This document shows, one piece after another, positions 1-12,272 of a DNA stretch of 64,000 nt. The translations under genes and the position numbers were made by a program. Origin of the DNA: Octopus sinensis. Taxonomy: Eukaryota. The DNA is taken from NCBI RefSeq assembly GCF_006345805.1, contig NC_042997.1, forward strand, positions 77,128,001 through 77,192,000. Direction: 5' to 3'. The notes below the pieces were generated by a model. That model ran no database searches. It saw only the letters and a program-made list of their open reading frames with translations, and was not told the origin of the DNA. Each line of letters starts with the position of its first letter. Position 1 is the stretch's first letter.

Positions 1-54
1 GAACTTCATCCACTCCATTCTTATCCTAGCAGCTACACTTTCAGAACTCCCTCC

Positions 55-1260
55 ACCACTGCTAACTTGTTCTCCTAGATAACAGAAGCTGTCTATTGTC
101 TGTATTTTAATGTTTATTGTAACCTGCACATTTGTTACACACAAAGACTATATTCTCTGTTAACCTTCCTTTGATACCACTACACCTCTTATGTGTCCAA
201 AGCTTGAACTGGGTACAATGTTTGGTGTTTCTACCAACACCCTTCTTACATATTGAGCAGACTTATGATTTGTCTGTTTCCATACTTACCAGGACTTTGG
301 TTTTTGCTGAATTAACCTTAAAATTCTTAGATTCCTGACTTTATTTCCATTTCTGAAATTTCTACTCTAGGTCAGGTAGTGATTCAGCTATAAGAACAAG
401 GTCATCAGTATAGAGGAGATCTTCTACACAGATGAATTACTCTGTTAAAGCCTGGAGAACTAAGATGAACAAGACTGGACTGAGAACTGAGTCTTGGTGG
501 ACTCTTGCCTGTGCACTGAACTCGTTGCAAACCTTCACCTTACTGGCAGCATCCCTCTACCACTCCCACTAACCACTCCTCTATCCCTAGCTTCTGCACT
601 AACCATCAGATAAGTGAGTGGGGGACCCTGTCAAAAGCTTTTTCCATGTCAACAGAAGCCAGATACAGAGGCTTATTTTTGGCTATATATTTCTCCTGCT
701 GTTGCCTAACCAAGAATATAGCATCAGTCATGCTCCTGCCTGACACAAACCTAAGCTGCATCTTATCTACACTAATTCTCTCCCTAATTAATTGGACTTT
801 GACCCTTTCTGTGCTTTCATCACCTGGCCCAGCAATATGATTCCTTTGTAACTATTTCTGTCTAAGGCATTACTTTTGCAACAGTTGACTATAATGCTGT
901 TACACCAATCATTGGATATTACCCCCTCATGGGCAACCTGATATACAAGTGACTAGGCCATATCTACTCTGCCAGATATTTTAAGCATCTCAGCGATGAT
1001 TCCTGATGGGCTGGGATCTTTCCCTGTCTTCATATCCTTAATTACTTTATCTACCAAGCCACTGTCAATTCAGATCCAAATTACAGTTGGGTCAATATTT
1101 GGCAGATTCTCCTTCTCCCATTCATTCTCCACATTTAGCAACCTTTCATAATGGCATTTCCAAGCCTCTGTCCTTGCAGCATCATTAAATGCAAGTGAGC
1201 CATCATCCATGCAGACACATTTCTCTCCTATGACATCACGATTTTCTCTCATACACTGTC
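55..1260 (-). mobile_element. Decayed RTE-clade LINE fragment (RT region)
   Basis: The minus strand encodes AWKCHYERLLNVENEWEKENLPN, LLYTDDLVLIAESLP and a Cys/His finger, with stops and frameshifts. Same family as 26091-29793. Confidence 0.88.
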
Positions 1261-1450
1261 TTGCAATCCAAGTCTCTGGTCCTCATATTGCAGAATCCAT
1301 CACACTTCAGTCCTTGTAGGGCTGTTATTTCTTTTTTTACTAATGGCCCTGTCACCTTAGGTTAAGAAGGGACTTTGCATCAGCCACAAATTTGGTCAGT
1401 AGCCCTCAGCGGGTTGTCCTATAGGAACCTGTGATTGTCCTCCATGTTAT

Positions 1451-1837
1451 ATGTCACTATATCCTCTTTTTTCATCAAATGCTGAACATCACACAGCCCG
1501 AGAGAATTTATCACAGGAAAGAAGAGAAGAAATTATACAAGATGCTCATCAGCATCACGCAGCCCGAGGGAATTTATTGCAGGAAAGAGAAGAATTTCTA
1601 TATCAAAATGCAAATTCTCACAGATTAGAAAGGCAAAATCGATTTTGAAGATCTTTAAATATAGTCAGACAACACAATATTGACGCTCTTCAAATGGACG
1701 TCAACATTACTCATCACTGTTGTGGCACCATGGAAGTACGGTGTCGGTTCTGCAGCTCCCTTATGTTTATGGGAGAAAAGACAAGTGGAAGCCAAGCTAA
1801 TTCCAACTTTGGTATTTGTTGTAAGACTGGTTACTGA
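1451..1837 (+). mobile_element. Helitron Rep-helicase N-terminal relic (repeat helix plus zinc finger)
   Basis: One frame with a single TGA at 1646 reads EHHTARENLSQERREEIIQDAHQHHAAR...HHCCGTMEVRCRFCSSLMFMGEKTSGSQANSNFGICCKTG. This fits the Helitron G.M...C..C.A..F..E...F..CC..G finger. Confidence 0.72.
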
Positions 1838-1929
1838 TACTTTCCATTACTTTTGAGTATACATGAGAAAAATAGGACATTAAACTACACATCGTTTAAT
1901 AGGTACCCAAGTAATAATAATAGTAATGA

Positions 1930-3152
1930 GATGAGGAAAGCTTGCCAGGACAGAAGGCATATGGTTGCCAAGTGGTGAAATGATGAAGGCAATTCAACCT
2001 CAATCCAGCTATAAATACCTAGGAATACTTGAGGTAGATGGAATCAAACACCACAACATGAAGAAAAAGAAAAAAAGAGAGTACCTGCAGCGAGTGAGTA
2101 AAATATTGGCTCCAAAGCATAATTTCAGCAATAAACTCACCCGCAGTTGTAGTATGGCACTGAAATCCTTAAGTGGACAGAGGAGGTGCTAACGGAGATG
2201 GACAGGAAGTCAAGAAAGCTCCTAACGATGCATGGAACCCATCATCCATGTGCAGACACTGATCACCTATACATGAAGAGAGCAAATGGAGGAAGGGAAC
2301 TGATAAATATGGAAGGCTGTGGGATTGAACTCAAGAGTTTAGTGAGATACCTAGCCCAAAGTAAGAAAACCTTGCTAGTGACAGTTAGGAACGAGAGAGT
2401 ATTGAGAACAGAGTACAAAAAGGACATGAAGAAGAATTATGCAAAAAGGGACTACACAAAGAGACTGAGACACTAAACTGGCAGTGTAATACCAAGCTTT
2501 GGCTACAAAATGGAGGGTCAATCTTAGGAATGAGCAAGTGTCTCTGCTGTGCCACATCTGCAATAGAGTGGATGAAACCATTGCTCATATCATGAATAAA
2601 TGCCCTAAACTTACCCAAAATTACAAGTTGTGGCGACACAACCAGGTAGCAAAAGTACTACATTGGAAACTGTGTGAAAAGTGAGGGCTAGAGAGAGGCA
2701 AGACATGGTATGAGCACAAACCACAGAGAGTGACAGAGTCAATGACCAGCAAAATCCTCTGGGGTTTCCCAATCCAAACAGACCAGACCTAGTGGTACTG
2801 GACAAGGTGCACCACATATGCTTTATAGTTGATGTTGCATGCCCCTTTGACCCATGAATAGTCAAGCAGAAAGGCGAAAAGATAGATACAACCCTCTTAA
2901 GTTCGAAATAGCCCGGCTATGGAAAATGAAGAAGGTGAAGACAGTACCAATTATTGTTGGGTCCTTGAGAACAGTATCAGAAGGCATCAAGAGGAATATA
3001 AAGGAAATTGGAATAGAGTACCCAGTCGAACAGTTACAAAAGATTTGCCTCCTTGGCATGGCCAGAATAATCAGGAATGTATTAGATAGCTAAAAAGAAC
3101 ACCTGCTACACATGCAAGACTCTCAGAGCTCCAATAAAACCTATGATAAAGA
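1930..3152 (+). mobile_element. 5'-truncated R4/Dong-like non-LTR retrotransposon (RT thumb, CCHC finger, REL endonuclease)
   Basis: Fragments YKYLGILE, MDRKSRKLLTMHGTHHP, CHICNRVDETIAHIMNKC, RPDLVVLDK..IVDVACPFD and YNPLKFEIARLWKM..VPIIVG. TAA repeats lie at both ends. Confidence 0.88.
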
Positions 3153-3427
3153 GATAATGATGATAATAATAATATGAGTGCTACAAAGTCAGGTTAGGAA
3201 TAATGCTAGGTTGAAAAAACAAAGTTGCTTACCTGAACATTTCTTCATAACACATGCACACTGTATGAAAAAAGAAAAAATTCCATTTTTATTGATATTC
3301 ACTTTTTGCTTAATATCAAACATTTATTTTGAGAATACAACAGATTGGAGAGGGTACCATCAAATGTAATTTTTTTTTCAAATGAAGAATCAGTGAATAT
3401 ATTTACTATATATATATATATATATAT

Positions 3428-3608
3428 GTAGGTCCCGGGTTGAGTCGGGGTTAACCACAGTAAATAAGGTACTCAATACATGGCAGAGTAAATTAATTTA
3501 TTTTATAGAAGGAGCTTCTACAGGACTAGAACTGTTTCATTCAAATGATGATTTCATTTGAATGAAACAGTTCTAGTCCTGTAGAAGCTCCTTCTATAAA
3601 ATAAATAA

Positions 3609-3610
<2 letters not shown>
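3428..3610. mobile_element. Short fold-back element in a (TA)n tract, likely derived from a Penelope-like pLTR
   Basis: Perfect 53-bp inverted arms (3496-3548 and 3554-3606) with a 5-nt loop, (TA)n on both sides, and a hammerhead-like 3' half. Confidence 0.6.
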
Positions 3611-3641
<31 letters not shown>

Positions 3642-5023
3642 ATATAGTAAATATTCATTCTACTATTTTTGTACCATACCATTTTTCTTTGATTGAAAGT
3701 GAAACATTTTCATCCATTAAAGAGACTTGTCAATCATATGTGTAATTTATATCTTCAATTTGTAAATGAACATTATGGTAATTTAGTTGCTATTTTATTA
3801 TTTAAAAAAAAATTCAAGTTGCATGATATGGTTTTAAACTGGTTGAGTAAAGGTATTAGCTTTTTGTAAAATTGATTGATGGCTCTTCTGCAGAACAGTT
3901 TAAAAGTACTTTTGTTGTAAAATAATGACAATAAAAAGATTATAAAAATATTAAATGATAAGTTAGACGGTTTATGGTAATTTGTTATTTGGAGGCTATT
4001 ATGATAAACAGCATCAGTAATCCTAACACTAACGTTAGATTGGGATTTTAAATGTTTGGTTCTATTATTTGATGGCTTCTAATAATAATTTTCTTCAATT
4101 GATAACCTGAAGAATCAAGAAAGAAAATTGTTGCTGAAAGCTATTTCTTTACTAATTCTAGGATTTTTCACTAAAGACAAAGTATGGTTGAAATTAGATA
4201 TTCTATTGCTGTGTTGATATCAAATGTTTTCTTTAGCTTGGTCAGATTGCTTGTGTGATTATTGATTATTTATGTTTGTGAAATTTGTTTAATGCCATCA
4301 ATGTGTTAATGAAGTGATAAGAATACTTGCATTGAATTTGAGAAGTGTGATACTACATCTTTAACCATAGTTGAAATTATTGGCTTTTTTATTCTCCTAT
4401 TTTTTATTACTTTCTGCATTTTTAATCTCTTTTTTTTGGAGAAATAGAAACATGTTAATTACTGTAATCATTCAAATTAACTTTACCAGCTATTGTCCAA
4501 GGAGAGGAGACATATTACAGTGAGTTGTTCCTGCCTTATAAAGTCAGTCACTTACTCAAAAGCAAAGCTGAACAAAATGATATGGAAAAATATCAGATAA
4601 ATATGTTACCAACCCAAATTTGTGATCAATAGTTCATGTATAACACTGTAAAAATATATACAGGATCCAAGAACTTGTTGAAATATAGTGATTACATTGG
4701 TCTGTGACAGCAATAAATATCAGCAGTATGCAAACAAAATAAATGAGGTGAAGAAAATTAAATTAGGTTATCCTCAACTCCGATGTTATTGTTGTGTAAA
4801 AATACCCAGTACACACTGTAAAATAGTTGGTGTTAGGAAGGACATCCAGCTGTTGAAACCAAGTCAAATCAGACTGGAACCTGGTTGCCAGCTCTAGTCA
4901 AACCATCCAACCTATACCAGCATGGAAAACGGATGTTAAAAGAGAAGGAGGAGGATATTCTTCACAAAGTGTGCTATTCTTGTATAATGAAATTCATATA
5001 GATTCTAAAAGCCTTATTATGGT

Positions 5024-5178
5024 ACAGGCATAGCTGCATGATTAAGAAGTTTGTTTCCCAATTACATAGTTTCAGGTTCAGTCCTACTGCATGGCCCCTT
5101 TGGGTGAGTGTCTTGCACTAGCCCTGAACTAAACAAACCTTTATGTGTTGATCTGGTAGATGGAAACTAAAAGAAGCT
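5024..5178 (+). mobile_element. Degenerate CORE-type tRNA-derived SINE
   Basis: Similar to the better-preserved copy at 43270-43641 (ggttcagtcc B-box-like motif and gtagatggaaactaaaagaagc). Confidence 0.7.
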
Positions 5179-5392
5179 TTGTGTGTGTGTAATCATCATT
5201 TAATTCCCACTGTTTAATACTTAAATGGGTCAGACAGAATTCATTGAGGCAGGTTTTCAAAGGCTGGTTACTCTTCATGTCACTAACCCTCACATATTTC
5301 CAATGGCTACACATGTTTTTCCATAGAAAACTGGAAACAAACAACACTTACATAATGTCAAGACAAAGATACTTACACACACACACACACAC

Positions 5393-5700
5393 ATCATCAT
5401 CATCATCATCGTTTAACGTCCGTTTTCCGCGCTAGCACGGGTTGGACGGTTTCGACCGGGGTCTGGGGAGCCAGGGGCTGCCCCAGGCTCCAGTCTGGTC
5501 TGGCAGTGTTTCTACAGCTGAATGCCCTTCCTAACGCCAACCACTCCGCGAGTGTAGTGGGTGCATTTTACGTGCCACCTGCACAGGTGCCAGAGGGGTC
5601 TGGCATCGGCCACGGTCAGTTGGTGCTTTTTATGTGCCACCTGCACAGAAGCCAGTCGGGGCGGTGCTGGCATCGGCCACGTTCGGATGGTGCTTTTTAT
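5393..5700 (-). mobile_element. RTE 3'-UTR fragment with (GAT)n tail
   Basis: Reverse complement of the 3' end seen at 29500-29793 and 24940-25140. Confidence 0.85.
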
Positions 5701-5929
5701 GTGGGGGGAGGGTGCAGAAATATAGGGGAGCACTAGTGGGGAGGGGTGTTCGGAGAACGTAGGATATCACGAGAGGGGTAATGCATGGTGAAATAGCGTA
5801 TTGAAGAGGGGGGTTCGAAGAGTAGACACCTATAATGGTGGTGGGAGAAGCGACATCCGGTATAGATGGAGCAAAAATATAGAGATATCCGGTATTGGTG
5901 GTGGGGGTGGGCAAGGGCGGGTGCACCGG

Positions 5930-7277
5930 GAATATGCGAAGGTTGAACTTGACGGGCTAGCTTAAAAATGCTCTTAGCAATGGAAGGGGGAAAGGAAGAG
6001 GGGGAGGGCAGACAACGTAAAAGAGGGAGAGAGAAGGGAATAGTGGAACCCCGCGAAAATCGGCCGCCATTGAAAAAAACCCCTGTATGGAGAAACTTAA
6101 ATATAAATATCTATTCTGTATTTAGCGAGACACGAAGCCAGAAACCGATGGTCAACAATAACTAATAAATTATACAGAATATGCAATACGAGGCGAAACT
6201 GAAAATAATAATAATACTAATAAACAAATTGTCGACTGGGGGTCAAAGGGATAATACTAATACTAATAATAATAATAATAAACAGCTTAACCACTAGAGA
6301 TCAGACAAATTTGCATGAGAATATTACTGGTACAGATTACGGGATGAATTAGATTAGAAAGATTTTCTTATCTTGGGAACATTTCGTTTTTCGGCCTGAC
6401 ACGGCGAATATGTGAAGGTTGAACTTGACGGGGCTGGCTTAAAAATGCTCTTAGCAATGGAAGGGGGAAAGGAAGAGGGGGGAGGGCAGACAACGTAAAA
6501 GAGGGAGAGAGAGAGAGAAGGGAATAGTGGAACCCCGCGAAAATCGGCCGCCATTGAAAAAAACCCCTGTATGGAGAAACTTAAATATAAATATCTATTC
6601 TGTATTTAGCGAGACACGAAGCCGGAAACCGATGGTCAACAATAACTAATAAATTATACAGAATATGCAATACACGGCGAAACTGAAAATAATAATAATA
6701 ATAATACTAATAAACAATTGTCGACTGGGGGTCAAAGGGATAATACTAATACTAATAATAATAATAATAAACAGCTTAACCACTAGAGATCAGACAAATT
6801 TGCATGAGAATATTACTGGTACAGATTACGGGATGAATTAGATTAGAAAGATTTTCTTATCTTGGGAACATTTCGTTTTTCGGCCTGACACGGCGAATAT
6901 GTGAAGGTTGAACTTGACGGGGCTGGCTTAAAAATGCTCTTAGCAATGGAAGGGGGGAAAGGAAGAGGGGGGAGGGCAGACAACGTAAAAGAGGGAGAGA
7001 GAGAGAGAAGGGAATAGTGGAACCCCGCGAAAATCGGCCGCCATTGAAAAAACCCCTGTATGGAGAAACTTAAATATAAATATCTATTCTGTATTTAGCG
7101 AGACACGAAGCCGGAAACCGATGGTCAACAATAACTAATAAATTATACAGAATATGCAATACACGGCGAAACTGAAAATAATAATAATAATAATACTAAT
7201 AAACAAATTGTCGACTGGGGGTCAAAGGGATAATACTAATACTAATAATAATAATAATAAACAGCTTAACCACTAGA
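5930..7277. repeat. Tandem array of a ~480-bp unit, about 2.8 copies
   Basis: Unit starts (gaatatg) at 5930, 6406 and 6895, giving units of 476, 489 and a partial 383 bp. Copies are near-identical, differing mainly in microsatellite lengths. Confidence 0.95.
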
Positions 7278-7289
7278 TATATATTTACC

Positions 7290-7460
7290 CACATGTGTGC
7301 TTCTTTCAGTTCCCATCTACCAAATCCACTCACAAGGCTTTGGTCAACCTGGGGCTTATGAAGACACTTGCTCAAAATGCCACACAGTGGGTCTGAATTT
7401 GAGACTACATAATCACAATGCAAGCTTCTTCTTAACCACATAGCCATGTCTGTACCTATA
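7290..7460 (-). mobile_element. CORE-type tRNA-derived SINE head
   Basis: cttctttcagttcccatctaccaaatccactcacaaggctttgg is the reverse complement of the 43270 SINE body. Confidence 0.8.
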
Positions 7461-8344
7461 ACCATATTTTAACTAGTGTGAGTGATATGCATCTGTGTAT
7501 GTTTATGTGAGTGATTTTGTATTTTGTATATCCAGGCTTCTTCACACATCTTGACATGTTGCACAATCCTTGTAAACAAAAGGTTTGTTTTGGAGTTGTT
7601 TGTTTCCAGTTTTCCACCCATACATGTCCAGGCTGTTTGTTGATGAATAGACTGGGAGATTACCACTTCACTTGAAAACAAGTAGTAATCTGCAGAAAAC
7701 AGCTGCAGAAAACTTTGCCATAACATACTCCTATGTGACTCATGGAAGCATGGAAAAAGAGATGTTGAAATGATATTGGTGGTTGTGGTGATGGTGACGG
7801 TAGAAACAGTGGCAATCCACAAATTGTGTCTACATCCTTTGAACTTATAATTTAATTTCTTTATTCATTGAAGTTGTTTACTGGATCATTGTGTATTTTC
7901 AACATAACCTTTGATAATACTTTCAAATAGTTTTTCATTCTAAATGTTGGCACAAACTATATCAGTAAGAATAAAAGTATGTCCAAATTTAAATTCTGAC
8001 TAAGGATTACTTTTTGTTAAAGTACATGTGACCAACACATTAAACTTTCTACTCCTTGCAGCAGTTAAATTCAACATTCTATAAACTTATTTTTGTTGCC
8101 ACCACAAACCCTCACCAGTTTCCTCAAATTCCAGATATTTTCCTATCTTAAAAATAGTCTGTCAAAGATGACAAGAAAACAAAAATTCAATATTTACCCT
8201 GTTAAATGGATTGAATTGTAAAACATGGGCAGGAATTTGAGGAATTAATATACGATAGTAATCTGTTCAATCTTTAGTCCTTAGTTAAAGATAGTTGACT
8301 CCACAAATTCTTCAGATTGTTGAACTTATATATATAAACTGTAG

Positions 8345-8559
8345 TTAACACTTTAGCATTCAGATTTCTCTGTGAAAGGTAATGCTTATTTATTCACATT
8401 GTTTTAAATTAATCATACATTATCTCATAGCTTCAAAACTTCAATGATGTGACTGTTTACTTTTAGGGTAGATGTGAGATGTTGGATCTTGCTGGTTTGA
8501 GCATGAGACAGATAGAATATTTGGGCCAAATGTGGCTGGTTTCAATACTAGATGGTTAA
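8345..8559. mobile_element. TTAA-flanked MITE (piggyBac-type)
   Basis: TTAA at both ends, imperfect terminal inverted repeats (cactttagcatt versus aatactagatgg), and a homologous copy at 21055-21280. Confidence 0.7.
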
Positions 8560-8934
8560 AGTTTCTAAGGTTGTAATCTTAATGTATTCTAAATTAATAC
8601 ATCACATTGACTTTGTATGTATAGTTTAGTTTGACATAGTATTGTCAATTTGTATTTACTATAGCACAGTATGGTATTGGCATATCACAACACTACATAA
8701 TATCATTGTAATATTTTTTAATTCCATTGGTACTCTCTACATAGTATTGTATAGTTTTAACACTTTGCATATTATTTCATACTACTAACACTCTATGTAT
8801 ACAAAGCTATAATATAGTATTTACACTATATTATATTATCATATACCATTGACCATTTGTATCATTATATTATGCTGCTCAATATTTTTTATTTAAATGG
8901 TAAAAGTAATTACTTTGTTATTTTGCTATTTCAG

Positions 8935-9008
8935 GAATTGGTTGCCATTGAACTAAAAGAGAACAAACATAAAATTTTGAATGGCCTTTTATATTACAAA
9001 AGATCCTT
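8935..9008 (+). CDS. NUP188: Nucleoporin NUP188, internal coding exon (74 nt, ELVAIELKENKHKILNGLLYYKRS + TT)
   Basis: Acceptor tttcAG at 8933-34 and donor GTgagt at 9009. The peptide aligns to recalled vertebrate NUP188 IEAELNKHWRRLLEGLSYYKP. The phase-2 end (TT) is completed by G at 45784 to give TTG (Leu). Confidence 0.88.
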
Positions 9009-9589
9009 GTGAGTAGTATTTATTTCTATGTTGAATGTTGTTAACATGAGTTTATATAAGATATCATTTAAGGCATGGCTGTCTCATAATATTGTGTTCC
9101 CTGATATTAGAATCAACCATAAAAAAATGTCTTTCTTTGAAGTTTCATGAGCCAAACCATGTCACTTAGTCTGCTACATCATTACTTGTTTCTCTTTTTA
9201 TTAATTACTGGAGACAGCATTGATTCTTACTGAAATTTTATTAGTTCAATATCTTTCATTGATATACTATATAGTGACTTACATTGCTTGCACACCTATG
9301 ATAGGAAGGGAGGGATGATATTGTATGTTCCCATAGTTTGAGTAATGCAAATGAAATGAAATGACTTCAGTCATAACTTAACTTGCCAGGAGCTTACCTC
9401 TCTTCTATGGCTGGGGTTACATTTTCAACAACAGACCTGGCTATTTTAGTGTTGCTGTTTCTTTTCTCTGGAGTTGCTCCTGTTTTTGATTCTGAAGGAT
9501 TGAATGTGCAAAGTGAGTTTATTCTTGAATATATTCCCTCTAAGTACAATGGAATTATGTTGATACAAGAGACACAGGAAGAATTCAGA

Positions 9590-9651
9590 TTGCCAATTGA
9601 TAATTGAATTTGCCAATTGAATTTGCCAATTGAATTTGCCAATTGAATTTG
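9590..9651. repeat. 13-bp minisatellite (AATTGAATTTGCC)n, about 4 copies
   Basis: Units start at 9602, 9615, 9628 and 9641 (partial), with another partial copy upstream. Confidence 0.95.
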
Positions 9652-11860
9652 GAAAAGTACAGGATAAGAAGAAGTAGAAACTTAGATATTGCAGTTGAAG
9701 TTGGAATTGAAATATGAGAAAAAAAGTTTGACTCAAATGTAAAAGTATGCTCCTTCTTTAGATTCTAATTCCCCTTTAAAGAAAGTTCTATATGGAACTT
9801 CTTATATTTACTTTCTGTAAAATAAAATGTGGTGGGTGATGGAAGGGGATTGATGTTTAATGGAGATGTAGCCTATCTTTCAAAATTTAAAAATGTTCAG
9901 TTAACTTTGTCCTACAATTTCCCAACTATAGCTGAGCTCACATTTAGGTGTACAGAAATGTGAATTCATTTGATGGGAAGAGTGAGTAGGATGCACTTTA
10001 ACCTTCCTAATAACAGTCAAATAGGCAGTAGTGTCCTATCTGCCTTGAAATAATGAGAGCTAAATACTGCTGTGGTTTTAGTGATGTCTAACTTTTCTCA
10101 TAAAAAAAATGAAAATTTATCTCCATTAGACACAAAGGATTCAGAATCTATGCCCATGAAACTGGAAATTCTACACTCTTTCGCTTTTGATACCCAGAAA
10201 CTCTACCTTCACCCTTTGACTAACAAATCTATTTTCCCCAAAGTGCACAAAATTTTCTTTTCTTTAGACTCAGCATAAACCATCGGGTATGATTTCAATT
10301 AGACAAGCACAGAGATGATTTTTCAAGTTTAACAATACTATGTCAGCATACTGCCCAAGAGCACCCAAGTCTTCCCTGTAATCTTTTCACTACATTTTTT
10401 TTCTATTCAAACCTCACAAAAGGCTTATTGTCTAAATCCAAATTCCAACATCAGCTGCAGTATTTTTAAGCAAGCTTCTGCTTCTTATCCTGTACTTTTA
10501 CTTGTTCATTTAATTAAGACTATTATCATTCCTACACCTGCCCTTTTCTTGCTTGTCCACTCTTTTTACAGGTAATGTTTTTTACAGATCCCTTAATTGT
10601 TATTGTATAAAAGGTAAAAAAAAGTTGAATTTTTTTCAAAAAGTTTAAACTATAGTTAAAAAGTAAGTTGTATAAATTGAAAATATATAAAAATGACATT
10701 GAAGAACTTGAGAAAAAGGAAAAAAATGCCATTAAAGCAGCAGTAGATTAATTAAACAACACCAGTCAGAGAGCAATAGCAAAATGAGTCAACCAGTTTG
10801 AAGCAAAATGAGTCTGATCTCAATTACATTCTCAACAAACACCTTGAGTACACCATAAACCTTCTTGTTAGTATGTTTGATCAGTAAGTTTTTTATGTTT
10901 TGAATGATCTTAATTTTTTTAAAACATGGCAATATGTCTACTCCATTTTCAAACCTCACAGCACCAAGGCAATACCTTTTCTCCTATAGAAAACACTACT
11001 ATAATATCTTGAATGTAAATAGAATAATAATTGAAAACTAAGAAATAAGCCAAAAGGAAATTTTTTAGTTGGAAGCAGGAACCAGATGCAAATCTATAAG
11101 ATGCATATATTGAGAGTAATAATCAATCTTTAATTTTACAAGTCACATTAAATTACTGTTTTGGCCTGAAGGCTTAAACATCTATACAGCACTCTCTCAT
11201 TTTTATTTCATTGTTTTTTTTTGTTTTTTTTTTTCTTTTCTTATCCAATCAATATTCTATCTCGAAATAGTGAAACACTGGTTCTTTTCAAAGAAAACTC
11301 ATTTTCTGAAGTGCTAATATAAAAGCATCTACTAGTTTAGCTCCAACATTTCTAGATCCCCAAAAGTCTTCATTTGTGACTAAATCAAGTACAAGTTCAA
11401 AACTAAAGGCATTATTATATGTAATAATAATAATTATAACAGCAACAATAGTTTCTGGTTTAAGGGTGGGTGACTAGTTGGTACTATTAACCTTAGTACT
11501 TGACTGGTACTTTACTTTATTTACCTTTAAAGGACAAAGGTAAAGTTGAGCCTCAGCAAAATTTGAAATCAGAACTTGGAACAAAACATCACAAGGTATT
11601 TATTTTTGAGTCTTTAGTGATTTTGCCTGCTTGCCACCTTTTGGCACCTAATTCAGGCACAAGGCCAGCAATTTTGAAGAAAGGAGGTTAGTCAGTTTCT
11701 TTGTCTCCAGTACTTGACTAGTACATTATTTATATGACCCAAAAGGGTGAAAGCAAAGTTGCTTTGGTGAGGTTTGAACTCAGAATCTAAGAGCTAAAAG
11801 ACATTGTTTCCAATGCTCTAATAATTCTTCCAACTTGCCATCCTAACTACAACAACAACA

Positions 11861-12272
11861 ATAATAATTAGTAATCTATAAATTTTGCCTCAGGGATACT
11901 CATTGCACATGGACGCATGAGTAGGAGGATTCTATATTTGCTTATATTAACTATGTTACTTGATTTGTACTTAATTGACATTGAAAGGAATCCCAGTGGA
12001 ATGTGAACTCAGAACATAAAGGAACATAGCTAAATGCTTGACTTTTTATTCACCACTCTACTGTTTCTACTATAATAGTGCTTTCTACCATCTGTTACCC
12101 TATAATAATTGTTAGTTCACATTGTACATTGGCTAGACAATCACAGTTAATTGATACGATGTACGCTTTAGCTCACTTCTGCTACTTTCAGCCATCCATC
12201 TATTTGCCACAATGGGGCAAGAGAATAGCATATGCTTACTAATAGATATAACTATTTCTTTGGATAACATGC
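11861..12272 (+). repeat. Left copy of a diverged ~420-bp direct repeat
   Basis: Colinear by eye with 13951-14381 (aattttgcc...aacatagctaaat...tttctaccatctg...ggggcaagag...actatttcttt...ataacatgc). Confidence 0.85.

Noticed and set aside
6608-6650. GAAACCGATGGTC in each tandem unit as a complete hammerhead
   Set aside because: It has a good stem III and GUC triplet, but no CUGANGA box (GACACGA at best), no stem II pair and no stem I partner in any circular permutation.
3150-8934. Search for the upstream NUP188 exons (start codon and RELW-like motif)
   Set aside because: No candidate with a suitable peptide and splice sites was found; they are presumably upstream of the window.
9590-9651. 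Short repeat array as CRISPR-like
   Set aside because: The 13-bp units are contiguous with no spacers, in a eukaryotic context with no cas genes.
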